Shown piece after piece: positions 48,415 to 64,000 of a DNA stretch of 64,000 bases. Origin of the DNA: Felis catus (taxonomy: Eukaryota); the NCBI RefSeq assembly GCF_018350175.1, contig NC_058369.1, forward strand, positions 13,270,001-13,334,000, written 5' to 3'. The translations under genes were made by a program, and so were the position numbers. The notes beneath the pieces are model-generated. The model did not search any database. It was not told the origin of the DNA and worked only from the letters and a program-made list of their open reading frames with translations. The first letter of the stretch is position 1, and each line of letters starts with the position of its first letter.

Positions 48415-51400
48415 GGGCGCCTGGGTGGCTCAGTCGGTTAAGCGGCCGACTTCGGCTCGGGTCATGATGTCGCGGTCCGTGAGTTCGAGCCCCGCGTCGG
48501 GCTCTGTGCTGATGGCTCGGAGCCTGGAGCCTGTTTCCGATTCTGTGTCTCCCTCTCTCTGACCCTCCCCTGTTCATGCTCTGTCTCTCTCTCTCTCAAA
48601 AATAAATAAATGTTAAAAATAATAATAATAATAATAATAAAAAAGAATAAACTGGAAACTTTAGTAAGGCAAATATCTCAATTTTCCTGCTGCCAAAAAC
48701 CTCATAAATACAGTCAAAGAATAAATAAGACTGGAAACAAACGTGAATTCATATTGTGGATAAAATCTCTTCATTATACAAGCATTTCCTGCGAAACAAT
48801 AAGAAAACACCAAAGCTTAGCAGGATATGAACCCAGAAGTCACAGAAAATGAGGCACAAATGGCTCTTTTTTTTTTTTTTTTTTTTTTTAATAAATGGCT
48901 CTTAAACCCGGGAAAAGATGCTCAGCTTCACTCATAATAGGAAATGCGCAAATTTAAAAATTTTTTTAAGGTTTATTCATTTTTGAAAGACGGAGAGAGA
49001 CAGGCTGCAAACGGGTGGGGTGAAGAGAGAGGGAGACACAGAATCCAAAGCAGGGCTCCAGGCTCCGAGCTGTCAGCACAGAGCCTGACGCGGGACTCGA
49101 ACTCATGAACCGCGAGATCACGACCTGAGCCCAAGGAGGACACTTAACCAACTGAGCCACCCAGGACCTCCAGAAAGTGCAAATTTAAAGCACAGTGAAA
49201 CCAGATGATCATTTCAATGGATGCGGGAGAGATTGGCCAACACTCAACACCTCTTCATAAAAACGTCTACCAAAGTAGGTGTAGATGAGAATGTCCTCCA
49301 CCTGATAAGGAGTGTCTACAAAAAAAATCTATGGGTAATATTTTACTTAACGTGAAAGACCGAATTGTTTCCTCCTGAGACTGGAACAAAGACAAGGAGT
49401 CCATTTTCATCGTTTCTATTTGATGTTCCTCCGGAGGTCAAAGTCATTACAGTGAGGGTAGAAAAACAAACCACAAGGCATAAAGATTGGAAAGGAGGAA
49501 GTAAAACTCTTCCTATTTGCAGATGGTATGGTTATTTACAATGTAAAAAATCCAAGGGAATCTATGACAACTCCTGGAATTAGCAAGTTCACAGGTTAAA
49601 AAGTTAACGTACAAAAGTCAACCGAATTCTTATATACCATGTATTCTTATATAAGACCACACAATTGGAAAATGAAATGTTTAAAAAATCCCATTTGCAG
49701 CAGCACAAAAAAAAAAAATTAAGTATCTAGAGATAAACCAAACAAAAGAAGTCTAAGACCTCAGCACTAAAAACTACAGGTATTACTGAGGAAAATTCAT
49801 GAAGACTTAAAGAAATGGAAAAGTATACCATGTTCATAGATTGGCAGACTCAGTGTTGTTAAGATGTCAGTTCTCCCCAGACTGATTCATGAGTCAATGT
49901 AATTCCAATGTATGGGGCGCCCGGGTGGCTCAGTCAGTTGAGCGGCCCACTTCGGCTCAGGTCATGATCTCACCATCCGTGGGTTCGAGCCCCGCGTCAG
50001 GCTCGGTGCTGACAGCTTGGAGCCTGGAGCCTGCTTCGGATTCTGTGTCTCCCTCTCTCTCTGACCCTCCCCCGTTCATGCTCTGTCTCTCTCTCTCTTT
50101 GTTAGAAATAAACATTAGAAAAAAATTAAAATTGGGGCGCCTGGGTGGCTCAGTCGGTTAAGCATCCGACTTCGGCTCAGGTCATGATCTCGCGGTCCGT
50201 GAGTTCGAGCCCCGCGTCGGCCTCTGTGCTGACGACGGCTCAGAGCCTGGAGCCTGTTTCCGATTCTGTGTCTCCCTCTCTCTCTGCCCCTCCCCCATTC
50301 ATACTCTGTCTCTCTCTGTCTCAAAAATAAATAAATGTTAAAAAAAAATAAAAATAAAAAAATGAAAATTAAATTCATCAGGATTTTTTTTTTTTTTTTT
50401 TAGAAACTGGCACTGACTTTAAATTGTATATAGGGGCACCTGGGTGGCTCAGTCGGTTAAACATCTGATTTCAGCTCAGGTCACATTCTCATGGTTTGTC
50501 AGTTCAAGCCCTGCATCGAGCTCTCTGCCATCGGTGCAGAGCCCGCTTCAGATCCTCTGTACCCCCCCTTTCTGCCCCTCCCCTGCTCGTTCGCTCTCTC
50601 TCTCAAAATAAATTAATCAATTAAAAAAATAATATGGAGTGGGGCGCCTGGGTGGCGCAGTCGGTTAAGCGTCCGACTTCAGCCAGGTCACGATCTCGCG
50701 GTCAGTGAGTTCGAGCCCTGTGTCGGGCTCTGGGCTGATGGCTCAGAGCCTGGAGCCTGCTTCCGATTCTGTGTCTCCCTCTCTCTCTGCCCCTCCCCTG
50801 ATCATGCTGTCTCTCCCTGTCTCTCAAAAATAAATAAATATTAAAAAAAATAATAATAACAATATGGACAACAGATACGAATAGACGTTTCACCAAAGCC
50901 GACAAGCACATGAAAATATGCACAAAATCATTGGCCATAAGGTAAATGCAAACCTAAACCAAGGTGAGATAGCACTATACAGTCGGCCGGATGGGCAAAA
51001 TTAAAACGACAAACAAGTGTTGACGATGTGGGACTGGCAGGGGGAATGCAAAACAAAGGTGCAGACCCTGTGGTGAAGTTTAGCGGTTTCTGAAACCGTA
51101 TGAGCCAGCCATTTTCCTCCTACGTGTTGAGAGAAGTTAGAGCATAAGTCTATATAAGGGCTTATAAACGCGTGCGCTCGACAGCTTCATCCGTAATGGT
51201 TCTAAATGGAAAACAGCCCAGATGATCACTCACGTGAATAGATACACAACCAGTGGTCCAGCCATGCAGAGGAATACAACTTGGTTAAAAAAGAAAGTAT
51301 GGGGCGCCTGGGTGGCGCAGTCGGTTAAGCGTCCGACTTCAGCCAGGTCACGATCTCGCGGTCCGTGAGTTCGAGCCCCGCGTCAGGCTCCGGGCTGATG

Positions 51401-51993
51401 GCTCGGAGCCTGGAGCCTGTTTCTGATTCTGTGTCCCCCTGTCTCTCTGCCCCTCCCCCGTTCATGCTCTGTCTCTCTCTGTCCTAAAAATAAATAAACG
51501 TTGAAAAAAAATTAAAAAAAAAAAAAAAGAAAATAAAGTAGCAAACTAGTGAAAGACGCAACAATACGGGACAATCTCAGAATCATCAGTGATGATCAGT
51601 GAGTGAAAGGAGCCAAGCACAAGGCTTACACGCAAAATTCTGGACCGTGCAAACTATTCTTAACGGCAGAAAGCCGATCAGGTTGCTGCCAATGAAGGTG
51701 TCGAGAGGCAGGCATCGTGAAGGGGTGCAGGCCCCCACTGGGGGTGATTTTTAAACATTCATTTTTGAGAGAGAGAAGGAGGGGCACCTGGGTGGCTCAG
51801 TCGGTTAAGCGTCCGACTTCGGCTCAGGTCATGATCTCACAGTTTGTGAGTTTGAGTCCCGCGTCGGGCTCTGTGCTGACAGCTCAGAGCCTGGAGCTTG
51901 CTTTAGATTCAGTGTCTCCCTCTCTCTCTGCCCCTCCCCTGCTTGCCCCCCCCCTCAAAAATAAAAACATTAAAAAATTTTTTTAATTAAAAA
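48415..51993. mobile_element. Dense SINE cluster (+48415-48640, -48958-49168, +49914-50130, +50134-50365, +50432-50630, +50641-50858, +51301-51535, +51781-51993)
   Basis: Eight consensus SINE bodies, several in tandem. Confidence 0.9.
48640..51710 (+). mobile_element. Old LINE-1 (L1M-type) fragments broken up by multiple SINEs
   Basis: A-rich L1 ORF2-like stretches (e.g. CCATGTTCATAGATTGGCAGACTCAG...AAGATGTCAGTTCTCCCCA) between SINEs. Confidence 0.75.
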
Positions 51994-52003
51994 ATGCATA
52001 TCC

Positions 52004-52670
52004 CTTGCGGAGAAAGAGGATCTCTTTTGCATTGTTGGTGGGAATGCAAGCGGGTGCGGCCACTCTGGAAAACAGTATGGAGGTTCCTCAAAAAACTAAA
52101 AATAGAACTACCCTACGACCCAGCAATGGCACTACTAGGCATTTATCCAAGGGATACAGGTGTGCTGTTTCAAAGGGGCACACGCACCCCCATGTTTATA
52201 GCAGCACCATCGACAATAGCCAAAGTATGGGAAGACCCCAAATGTCCATCAATGGATGAATGGATAAAGAAGATGTGGGATATACATACAATGGAGTATT
52301 ACTCGGCAATCAAAAAGAATGAAATCTTGCCATTTGCAATGACGTGGATGGAACTGGAGGGTATTATGCTAAGTGAAATTAGTCAGAGAAAGACAAAAAT
52401 TGTATGACTTCACTCATATGAGGACTTTAAGAGACAAAACAGACGAACATAAGGGAAGGGAAACAAAAATAATCTAAAAACAGGGAGGGGGACAAAACAG
52501 AAGAGACTCTTACATATGGGGAACAAACTGAGGGTTACTGGAGGGGTTGTGGGAGGGGGGAGGGGCTAAATGGGTCAGGGGCACTAAGGAATCTACTGCT
52601 GAAATCATTGTGGCATTAGATGCTAACTAATTTGGATGTAAATCTTAAACAATAAAAAATAAAGTTTAAA
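52004..52670 (+). mobile_element. 5'-truncated LINE-1 (ORF2 C-terminus + 3'UTR)
   Basis: ORF 51994..52407 (LLHCWWECK...[22 protein letters not shown]...MEYYSAIKKNE) is L1 ORF2. Flanked by near-identical TSD AAAAAATGCA(T/C)ATCC. Confidence 0.92.
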
Positions 52671-53164
52671 AAAATGCACATCCTTAAAAAAAAAGAAAGG
52701 AAACATGTAAGCACTTGGGATGGGAGAGGAAATAGTAGTAACCAGAGCTGCTGTTCAGAGGTTGACCGTGAACCAACGCAATCATATTGATCATGAGAAG
52801 AGCAAACACAGCCAGCGCTCAGCAGTGCAATCTGGCTTTGTTTGCTTACCTCCCCCCCCCCCCCCCCCGCCCCCAGCTCACAAGGCCCTAGGATCATCCT
52901 CCAATGAGGCTGAGAAAAGGTAAATGGGATCTGGCCTCTGGCTGGGGATGGGGGGGGTGGCGATACTTGCACGGAGCCCACAGAGACCCCCTTCCTCTTT
53001 ATTTTTCTCCCTAGCACACATCGCACTGTGTTGTGGTGCCTATTTTTCTTATTTATCTTGTGCTTGTCCATTTCTCCCATTGGTATATCAGCTCTCAAAG
53101 GGCTGGAGTTGGTTGTCTTGATCACTGCTGTGTCCCCAGTGCCTGGCCCACAATAGGTACTGGA

Positions 53165-53740
53165 ATTCATTCATCCATCCATTCATTCATCCATTCCTTC
53201 ATTCCTTCATTCATCCATTCATTCATCCATTCCTTCCTTCCCTCATCCATTCATTCATTCCTTCCTTCATTCATCCATTCCTTCTTTCCTTCCTTCATTC
53301 ATCCATTCCTTCCTTCCTTCCTTCCTTCCTTCCTTCCTTCCTTCCCTCATCCATCCATTCCTTCCTTCCTTCCTTCCTTCCTTCCTTCCTTCCTTCCCTC
53401 ATCCATTCATTCATTCCTTCATTCATTCATACATTCCTTCCTTCCTTCATCCATTCATCCATTCATTCCTCCATTCATTCATCCATTCCTTCCTTCCTTC
53501 CCTCATCCATTCATTCATCCATCCATTCCTTCCTTCCTTCCCTCATCCATTCATTCATTCCTTCATTAATTCATCCATTCCTTCCTTCCTTCCCTCATCC
53601 ATTCATTCATTCCTTCATTAATTCATCCATTCCTTCCTTCCTTCATTCATCCACTCATTCATTCATTCATCCATTCATTCATCCATTCCTTCCTTCATCC
53701 ATCCATCCATCCATCCATCCATCCATCCATCCATCCATGA
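53165..53740. repeat. Compound (TTCA)/(TCCA)/(TTCC)n simple repeat
   Basis: Directly visible; ~575 bp with essentially no G on the + strand. Confidence 0.97.
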
Positions 53741-55059
53741 ATTCGAAGAAAGAGCCTTAGGAGGGTTGGGAGCAGGAACAATTAGGGGCAGGAGACAAGG
53801 CGCAGGAGGCCGGGGCCTGAACCTTGTGGCATCTGGGTTCCATGGGAGTGAGTGGCTTGGGTCATTTGCAGGATAAAGTGACAGGAGCAGAATCTTGGGC
53901 CACTGCATGGGGCACTGGAAAGACGGAGGTGCTGGTGGCCCAGATGGAGAAGGGGGTGAGCTGGATGGGAGCAGCTGAGGTGGTGACTGCCAGGACAGCT
54001 GAGGAAGGGTGACGATCCAAACTGGGGTGTGGCCAGAGTGTGGCCCAGGAGCCAGGATTAAAGCCTTCAAGGTCTCAAGGAGGAAGAAGGACAGTCAGGG
54101 AGGGGGCAGCCCAGGGGTGGCCCCGCCAACCAGGAAGTCAGCCAGGCCTAATTGAATGGGGGTAACAGAGAGGAAGGGATGCCTAGCCAGGACCAGTTGA
54201 CCCAGCTGGGCTTCCCTGGGCGGGGGCTGCCAGGAACAGGAGCCACGAGATGGAGGGGGGTGGAAGGGCAGGAGGGAGGAGCAGGGGCTCAGAGGAGGGG
54301 CCAGGGCAGCATTCCACAATAGAGCCAAAAAGGGGGCAGGGAAGTTTAACAAACGTTAGGACACACCCCCTGCCCCCCCCCCCGCCCCGTTCCTCCTTCT
54401 GCTCCAGCTGAAGCGGTCACCCTGACCTACCTGGCTCCAAAGCCCTGCTGAGCCTGGGGCCTTTCCTTCCCATTCATTCTCCCCCCTCCCTTCTCACCTG
54501 TCCTCCCTGCTCCCCCTCCTCTGGCCCCTCTCTTGCTCTCCCAGCACTCATTTTCCAGGACTCCTTTCTACCTTCCCATTTCCTGCCCCCAGCCTGGGGA
54601 AACTGAGGCCCAGCGCATGGAGTTTACCCATGCCCAAGGCGCACAGCTCCAGGGCTGGGGCTTCTGCCTCCCTAGTCCAAACATTCAACGCCATTTAAAT
54701 CTCATAACCCCAGGAGCTGGGGACTATTATTAGCCTCATCTTAAGGATGGGGGAACTGAGGCCCAGAGAGATGATGTTCCAAGGAACTATTAGTGGGAGT
54801 TGAACCTGTTCCTGCCCCACCCACACCCACGCCCAGGCTCTTGGCCTCAGCCCGGTGGAGACAAAGCGAAAGGTCTGCTGCCACCTGGTGGACAGTCCAG
54901 GCAGCGCCGTTTGGATGGGGTCGTCTCTTCGAGAGAAAAGGGCCAGAGCCGGGAGGAGGCAGGCCTGGTCCCTTGACCACACTCCACCTCTCATGCTCCT
55001 TTCCCGCCAATTTTCCGAATTTTCAGCACCTACGTGTCCGTGAAAAAGGCACAGCCTAA

Positions 55060-56411
55060 CCCATTTCCTGCTCACGACTTCTTTAAGTGCAGAAAGACCC
55101 CGGATGTCAATTCTAACACACGTGAAAAATGAAAGACCACAAAGACAATGCTGTAATTATAAAAAACAGCACAAATGCACTTTTTTGACCTCTTAACTGA
55201 TTTGGAAAGCAATTGTAGGGGCGCCTGGGTGGCTCAGTCGGTTGAGCGACCGACTTCGGCTCAGGTCATGATCTCACGGTCTGTGAGTTCAAGCCCCGCG
55301 TCGGGCTCTGTGCTGACAGCTCGAAGCCTGGAGCCTGTTTCGGATTCTGCGTCTCCCTCTCTCCGCCCCTCTCCCATTTAGATTCTCTCTCAAAATAAAT
55401 AAGTGAAACTTAATAAAAAGCAATTGTATACAAATTATATTAATTCCATCATCAGGCCTATAGCATGTAGGCATGTAATATATTTGACGATAATACAAAA
55501 GAGGTGAGTAAAGCCGTACAGGAATGAGGAAATGACACCAGGTAGTAATGCTAATCCGCAAACACAAGTGGAGGGAACCAGAAATGCAAATGGAGAAAAT
55601 TAATATAACAAACTTTATAAATACATACTTGTCCTCCTTTAATTTCTCATGATTCTTTAACAGACATACGGTTGTAAGTAACAATCATAGCAATGCGTTG
55701 TTAGGTTTGTAACACATAAGCGATGTAATATGTATAGCAGTCATAGCACAATAATAACAATAATTTGGGACAAAAGGGGGAAGAGGGGAAATGAGCTCTA
55801 TAGGAGCTACTGTAGGAGTAACATTTTGGCATCTCATTAAAATGAAGGCAGCATAAATCGTAAATAGATTGTAAATTAAGATGTACGTGTTAGGGGCGCC
55901 TGGGTGGCTCAGTTGGTTAAGCATCCTACTCTTGGTTTCAATTCGGGTCAAGATCTCGAGGTTCGTGAGTTTGAGCCCCATGTCAGGCTCTGTGCTGACA
56001 GTGTGGGGCCTGCTTGGGATTCTCTTACTCCCTCCCTCTCTCTCCCCCCCTCCCCTACTCTCACTCAAAATAAATAATAAATCAGCTAAAAAACAAAAAA
56101 ACAAGCAAACGAAACAACGATGGATGTGTGAAGCCCTAGAGCATCCACTAAGGAAATAACTTAAAAAAATACAGTAGGCTTGAGGGTGCCTGGGGAGCTC
56201 AGTCCGTTAAGCGTCCAACTTCGGCTCAGGTCATGATCTCACGGTTTGTGGGTATGCGCCCTGCGTTGGGCTCTGTGCTGACAGCTCAGAGCTTGGAACC
56301 TGCTTTCGGATTTGGATTCTGCTTCCCCCTCTTTCTCTGCCCCCCTCCCCTACTCATGCTCTATCTCTCTGTCTCAAAAATAAATATATATAAGTATATA
56401 AATAAATATAT

Positions 56412-56461
<50 letters not shown>

Positions 56462-56910
56462 TAGGCTTGGGGCGCCTGGGTGTCTCAGTTGGTTAAGTGT
56501 CTGATTCCTGGTTTCAGCTCAGGTCATGCGTGGTTAGTGAGTTTGAGCCCCACCTCAGACTCTGCACTGCTGGTGTGGAGCCTGCTTGGGATTCTCTCTC
56601 TCCCTCTCTCTCTCTCTGTCCACCCTCCACCCCCGCTAGCTCGTGCCCTCTCTCTAAATAAACACGTAAACTTAAAAAAAAAGTTAAAAGGAAAATAAAA
56701 ACAAAACAAAAATATACAGAGTACGTTCACGGTGCCTGCTTGCGAGTTAGAGCCCCACCTTGAGTATAGAGATTACTTAAAAAATAAAGTCTTAAAAAAA
56801 TAATAAAAAATATTATATAGTAAAAAAAAAACAATTAAAAGAATTAAAATGTTACACTAGAAAAGCCATTTCATGCAATATAAAGCAGTAAAGACATAAA
56901 TTCTAAAAAC
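55060..56910 (+). mobile_element. Old A-rich LINE-1-like fragments with SINE insertions
   Basis: A-rich degenerate sequence of L1M character; SINEs at ~55217-55415, 55893-56115, 56183-56400 and 56469-56700. Confidence 0.55.
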
Positions 56911-56914
56911 AAAC

Positions 56915-57707
<793 letters not shown>

Positions 57708-58069
57708 ATTCCACACAAGAGCATCACGGTAAGTGGAACGCTCGGACTGCCACCCAGACAACCCTAGGCCGCCTACAACTCCCAGCGTGCCTGGCACTCC
57801 CAGGCTCCCTTACCGGTCAAGGCGGAAGGGGAGGGGCTACTAGACCTACCTCCTGTGAGTTGTAGTCTAGCTGCGAACGAAGGCGGGGCTGTGTGAGGTT
57901 GGTGGATCCGGAGGCAATGAAAAAGCAGATCTGGTTGAGCGCCGGGCCGACAAACCAATGGGCGTGCGGCTTGCGGGAGGCGGGACTTCCGTCAACGAAA
58001 TCCTGGTGAGCGGCTGCGCGAGGGCGGCCACTTCCTTTCTTGGCTGGCGGCGAGAGCGGAGGGTGCGCC

Positions 58070-61343
<3,274 letters not shown>

Positions 61344-61375
61344 ATGCAGAGCCTCCCTGGCCCCAGGTCCGCCCA

Positions 61376-61381
61376 AATAAA
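61376..61381 (+). terminator. RPL18A: RPL18A polyadenylation signal AATAAA
   Basis: 32 nt after the stop codon. Confidence 0.9.
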
Positions 61382-64000
61382 CTCCTTGGGAAAACCCGGG
61401 TGCTCAGACACGCTTGTATTCTTTGTACACCCTGCAGAGCTCAAAAGGGCGCAGCCAAGCTGTGAGTTCTCTGCTCTGGGAGGGGTCTCTCTCTCTTGAA
61501 ATGGGACCCAGACACTTGATTTCTCCAGAAGGGGAGCTCTAGAAATGAGAAGGCCACACCCCCTGGGACTTCATCCAGCAAGGGGCTGTCATGGGCCGGG
61601 TCCTAGAGCCAGAGGGCCCATTTTTCAGCCCCATCGACTGGCCCTCTGCTGTGAGCTTTGTAGCGTGTTGCAGGCCAAAAGGTTTGGCCCCTAAACCTGT
61701 TCCACCTGCCTTGTGAGGCCTCAACTCTCCCCACGTCTGTGGTAAGCTGTGGCACTTGGATGCCTGGAAGGAATCGGGATGTTCGGGTTGGTTCATTCCA
61801 CCTATGAGTTTTCCCTTCCAGGCTTAGAACGCTAGTCTCTGGTTCCGGGATCCTCAGAGCAGACGTGAGGGGGCACCTGAGAGGGCTGTGAGCTGTGGTA
61901 GTTTGTCCTTCACTGGCTTGGGGGCCCCTCAAAGGACACCCTGATCCTGCCCAAGGAGGTGAAGGACTCACTGGGTATCTGTCTCCAGGCAACCGCTTAC
62001 AGCCTGGGGAATTCTAGGCATGAAGCTAATCCCACCCTGGCTGAGCCCGTCAGGAGGCCGACACAGCCAGGAAGGAGCAAGGATCTTGGGAGGCATCTGT
62101 CCTTGGTGTGTGACCTTGAGCAGCCCCGGCCCTTTGAGCCTTGATGTTCTCAGAAGATGAGGGCACGGACCAGATTTAATTTACTCGGTTGACAGTACTG
62201 GGGAGAGTCGCAACTACGGGCACCGGGGGCAAAGGTCAGTCAGGATTGCCTTCTATTCCGGGGAGCCGGGGAGTGAGAAGAAGGCAGGGCGAGTCCATGT
62301 GGAGTGGGGTGTGGGGAGCAGGCTGCGCTGGAGTGTCCCAGGCAAGGGTACAGCCTCCCCTCTCCACTTGGGGGGAGGGGGCTAGTTGGCATGATCAGTC
62401 TGAGTGGTTTCCGGAAAACCAGGTCCTTTCAAACTCCACCTATGCTTGGAGAGGCACCCAAGCCAGGGTTTGTGCACAGCCAGCCGTTGTCACAGGAAAG
62501 ACCCCCGAGGATGGGGTGCCAGGCTTCCGAGACCTTCGCGGCTGCCCTGCCTGCTGTTTTCGAGTAGTTCTTTCCCATCTCCAGGCCTTTGCGCTTTGAT
62601 GGCTAAAGAAAAATCACTTCTTAGGATTTGGATTTGCTTTTTTCTTAGGAGGTGGGCACTTGTCTTTAAGTAAAAATCACTTGTGTGGTCTCGGCTCATT
62701 TCTCTACGGGGCTGCGGGTCATTTTTTTAAGTTACTGTTTTGTAAAGGTCTTTATGTATGTAGGCGGAAGATGGGAAAAATACATGTTTTTCCCCGTAGA
62801 TGGTACAAATACTGTTCTAGGGCACTTCATGTTTCTCAAGGTATATTTGGGGAGCCAGGCTAGAGTTTTTGAACTTTTTGCCTTGTTGATTTCATTAATC
62901 TTTTGGGACTTCGGGCAGAAACCCCTCCTCCTTTCTCAGTAATTGGATCTCTGTATCTAGATGCCCCCCACAAAGAAAAAGTCCATTTCCCAGCCTTCTC
63001 ATCTAGGAGTAATCATGTGATACTAGCAGTGGTGATGTCTGCCATTTCCAGGACGTCCCCATCTGGCTGGAATAGAGGCGGAATGGCCGGTGCGCCAGCG
63101 GCCCTATTTGGCCATCGAGAAGCCACACTTGAGCAGCAAAGTGGAAGGGCCTTGGACACCTGACCCTGTGTCTGCAAGATTAGAACATGGAGAAGGAGCC
63201 CCAGTCCTGCTTGGACTGGAATCTGGAGCCCTTCAGTCAATTGTGACTTGGTCTTGAGGTGGCCCTAATGGTTGTGCTTGGGGCTAGTCACTACCCACTC
63301 AGCTTTTGTTCTGTGTGAAGTGGGGGTGGGGATAGTTCAGGTGAGCTAGAGACTGGATCCATCACTGGGAAAGTGGAAGGCCAGGGCCTCGACACACTAT
63401 TCCATGTTACAGCCTGGGGGCTGGCTGGGAGGGCTCTGCCTGAACCAGCCAAACGGTGGGGTCAGTCCCACTATTGAGGGACCTTTGAACAGATGACGAG
63501 TGCACCCCAATTCCCTAACTTCCGTGTCTTCGTTCAACGCCCCCCCCCCCCCCACACTCATTCTTGCCTGCAGACCCCTCTACTGTGTCCCCACCCCACA
63601 GACCCTGCACAGAGCAGCTGGCAGGACGCTGGCAGGAGGTGGAGACCGCTGAACTGGGCCCTCAGTCTCCAGAGGTAGGTGAGGTGCTGGAACCACGCAG
63701 AGCGAAAGCCCAGAGTAGGTGGCGATGGGCCCTTCGTTGTGAGGCCCATGAGATAGGGCTGGCCTCTTGGACTTTTAACCCTCTGGCTGGCTGGGGTCCA
63801 GGGAGGGGAAGATTCTTTTGGGATCACCCAGCCAACTCAGGTGGACAAGAATGTGGAACCCGCAAGGCCCTGGTGGGCCTCTCCTGCTTCCAGTGCTGAG
63901 ACTCCCAGGTCCTGTCCCTGGGTTTGTCCAGGTGCCAAGTGTCATTCCTGGGCTGGGAGCCCTGGGGGAGAGACCTCACGAGCTGCCCCTCACTCCTGAG

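Noticed and set aside
51994..52407. 137-aa open ORF
   Set aside because: C-terminus of L1 ORF2 in a 5'-truncated insertion; not a host gene.
53033..53569. 178-aa SFIH/SFLP-repeat ORF
   Set aside because: Translation of the (TTCA/TTCC)n simple repeat.
61400..64000. Searched for SLC5A5 exon 1 or other coding exons after RPL18A
   Set aside because: No recognisable NIS N-terminus; only MIR/L1-like fragments and unique non-coding DNA.

Overview
Mammalian genomic DNA, almost certainly a felid, given the dense tRNA-derived carnivore SINEs of the SINEC_Fc type. The window is syntenic with the human B3GNT3-INSL3-JAK3-RPL18A block. From left to right it holds: a decayed gamma-like (ERV1) provirus on the minus strand with nested L1/SINE insertions (~95-6244); B3GNT3 (+, 376 aa, two coding exons, probable non-coding exon 1 near 7.8 kb); INSL3 (-, 131 aa, two exons); JAK3 (-, 24 exons, 1106 aa); an L1/SINE/microsatellite-rich spacer; and RPL18A (+, 176 aa, 5 exons) hosting the H/ACA snoRNA SNORA68. 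All four CDSs were assembled by hand from GT-AG boundaries and stay in frame. The most notable observations are: (1) a ~98%-identical 182/184-bp non-SINE inverted repeat bracketing the start-codon exon of B3GNT3, a candidate circRNA/exon-skipping switch; (2) INSL3 exon 2 is open in a second frame that fits JAK3 exon 23, resembling the human JAK3M tail; (3) an MLT1 LTR upstream of INSL3 with strong AT-to-GC rewriting; (4) a TGACGCA CRE-like motif with Pax-like flanks in the last RPL18A intron, where the SLC5A5 (NIS) upstream enhancer is expected; (5) Ile at JAK3 codon 722. Comparisons with human sequences and repeat consensuses are from memory, not from searches.
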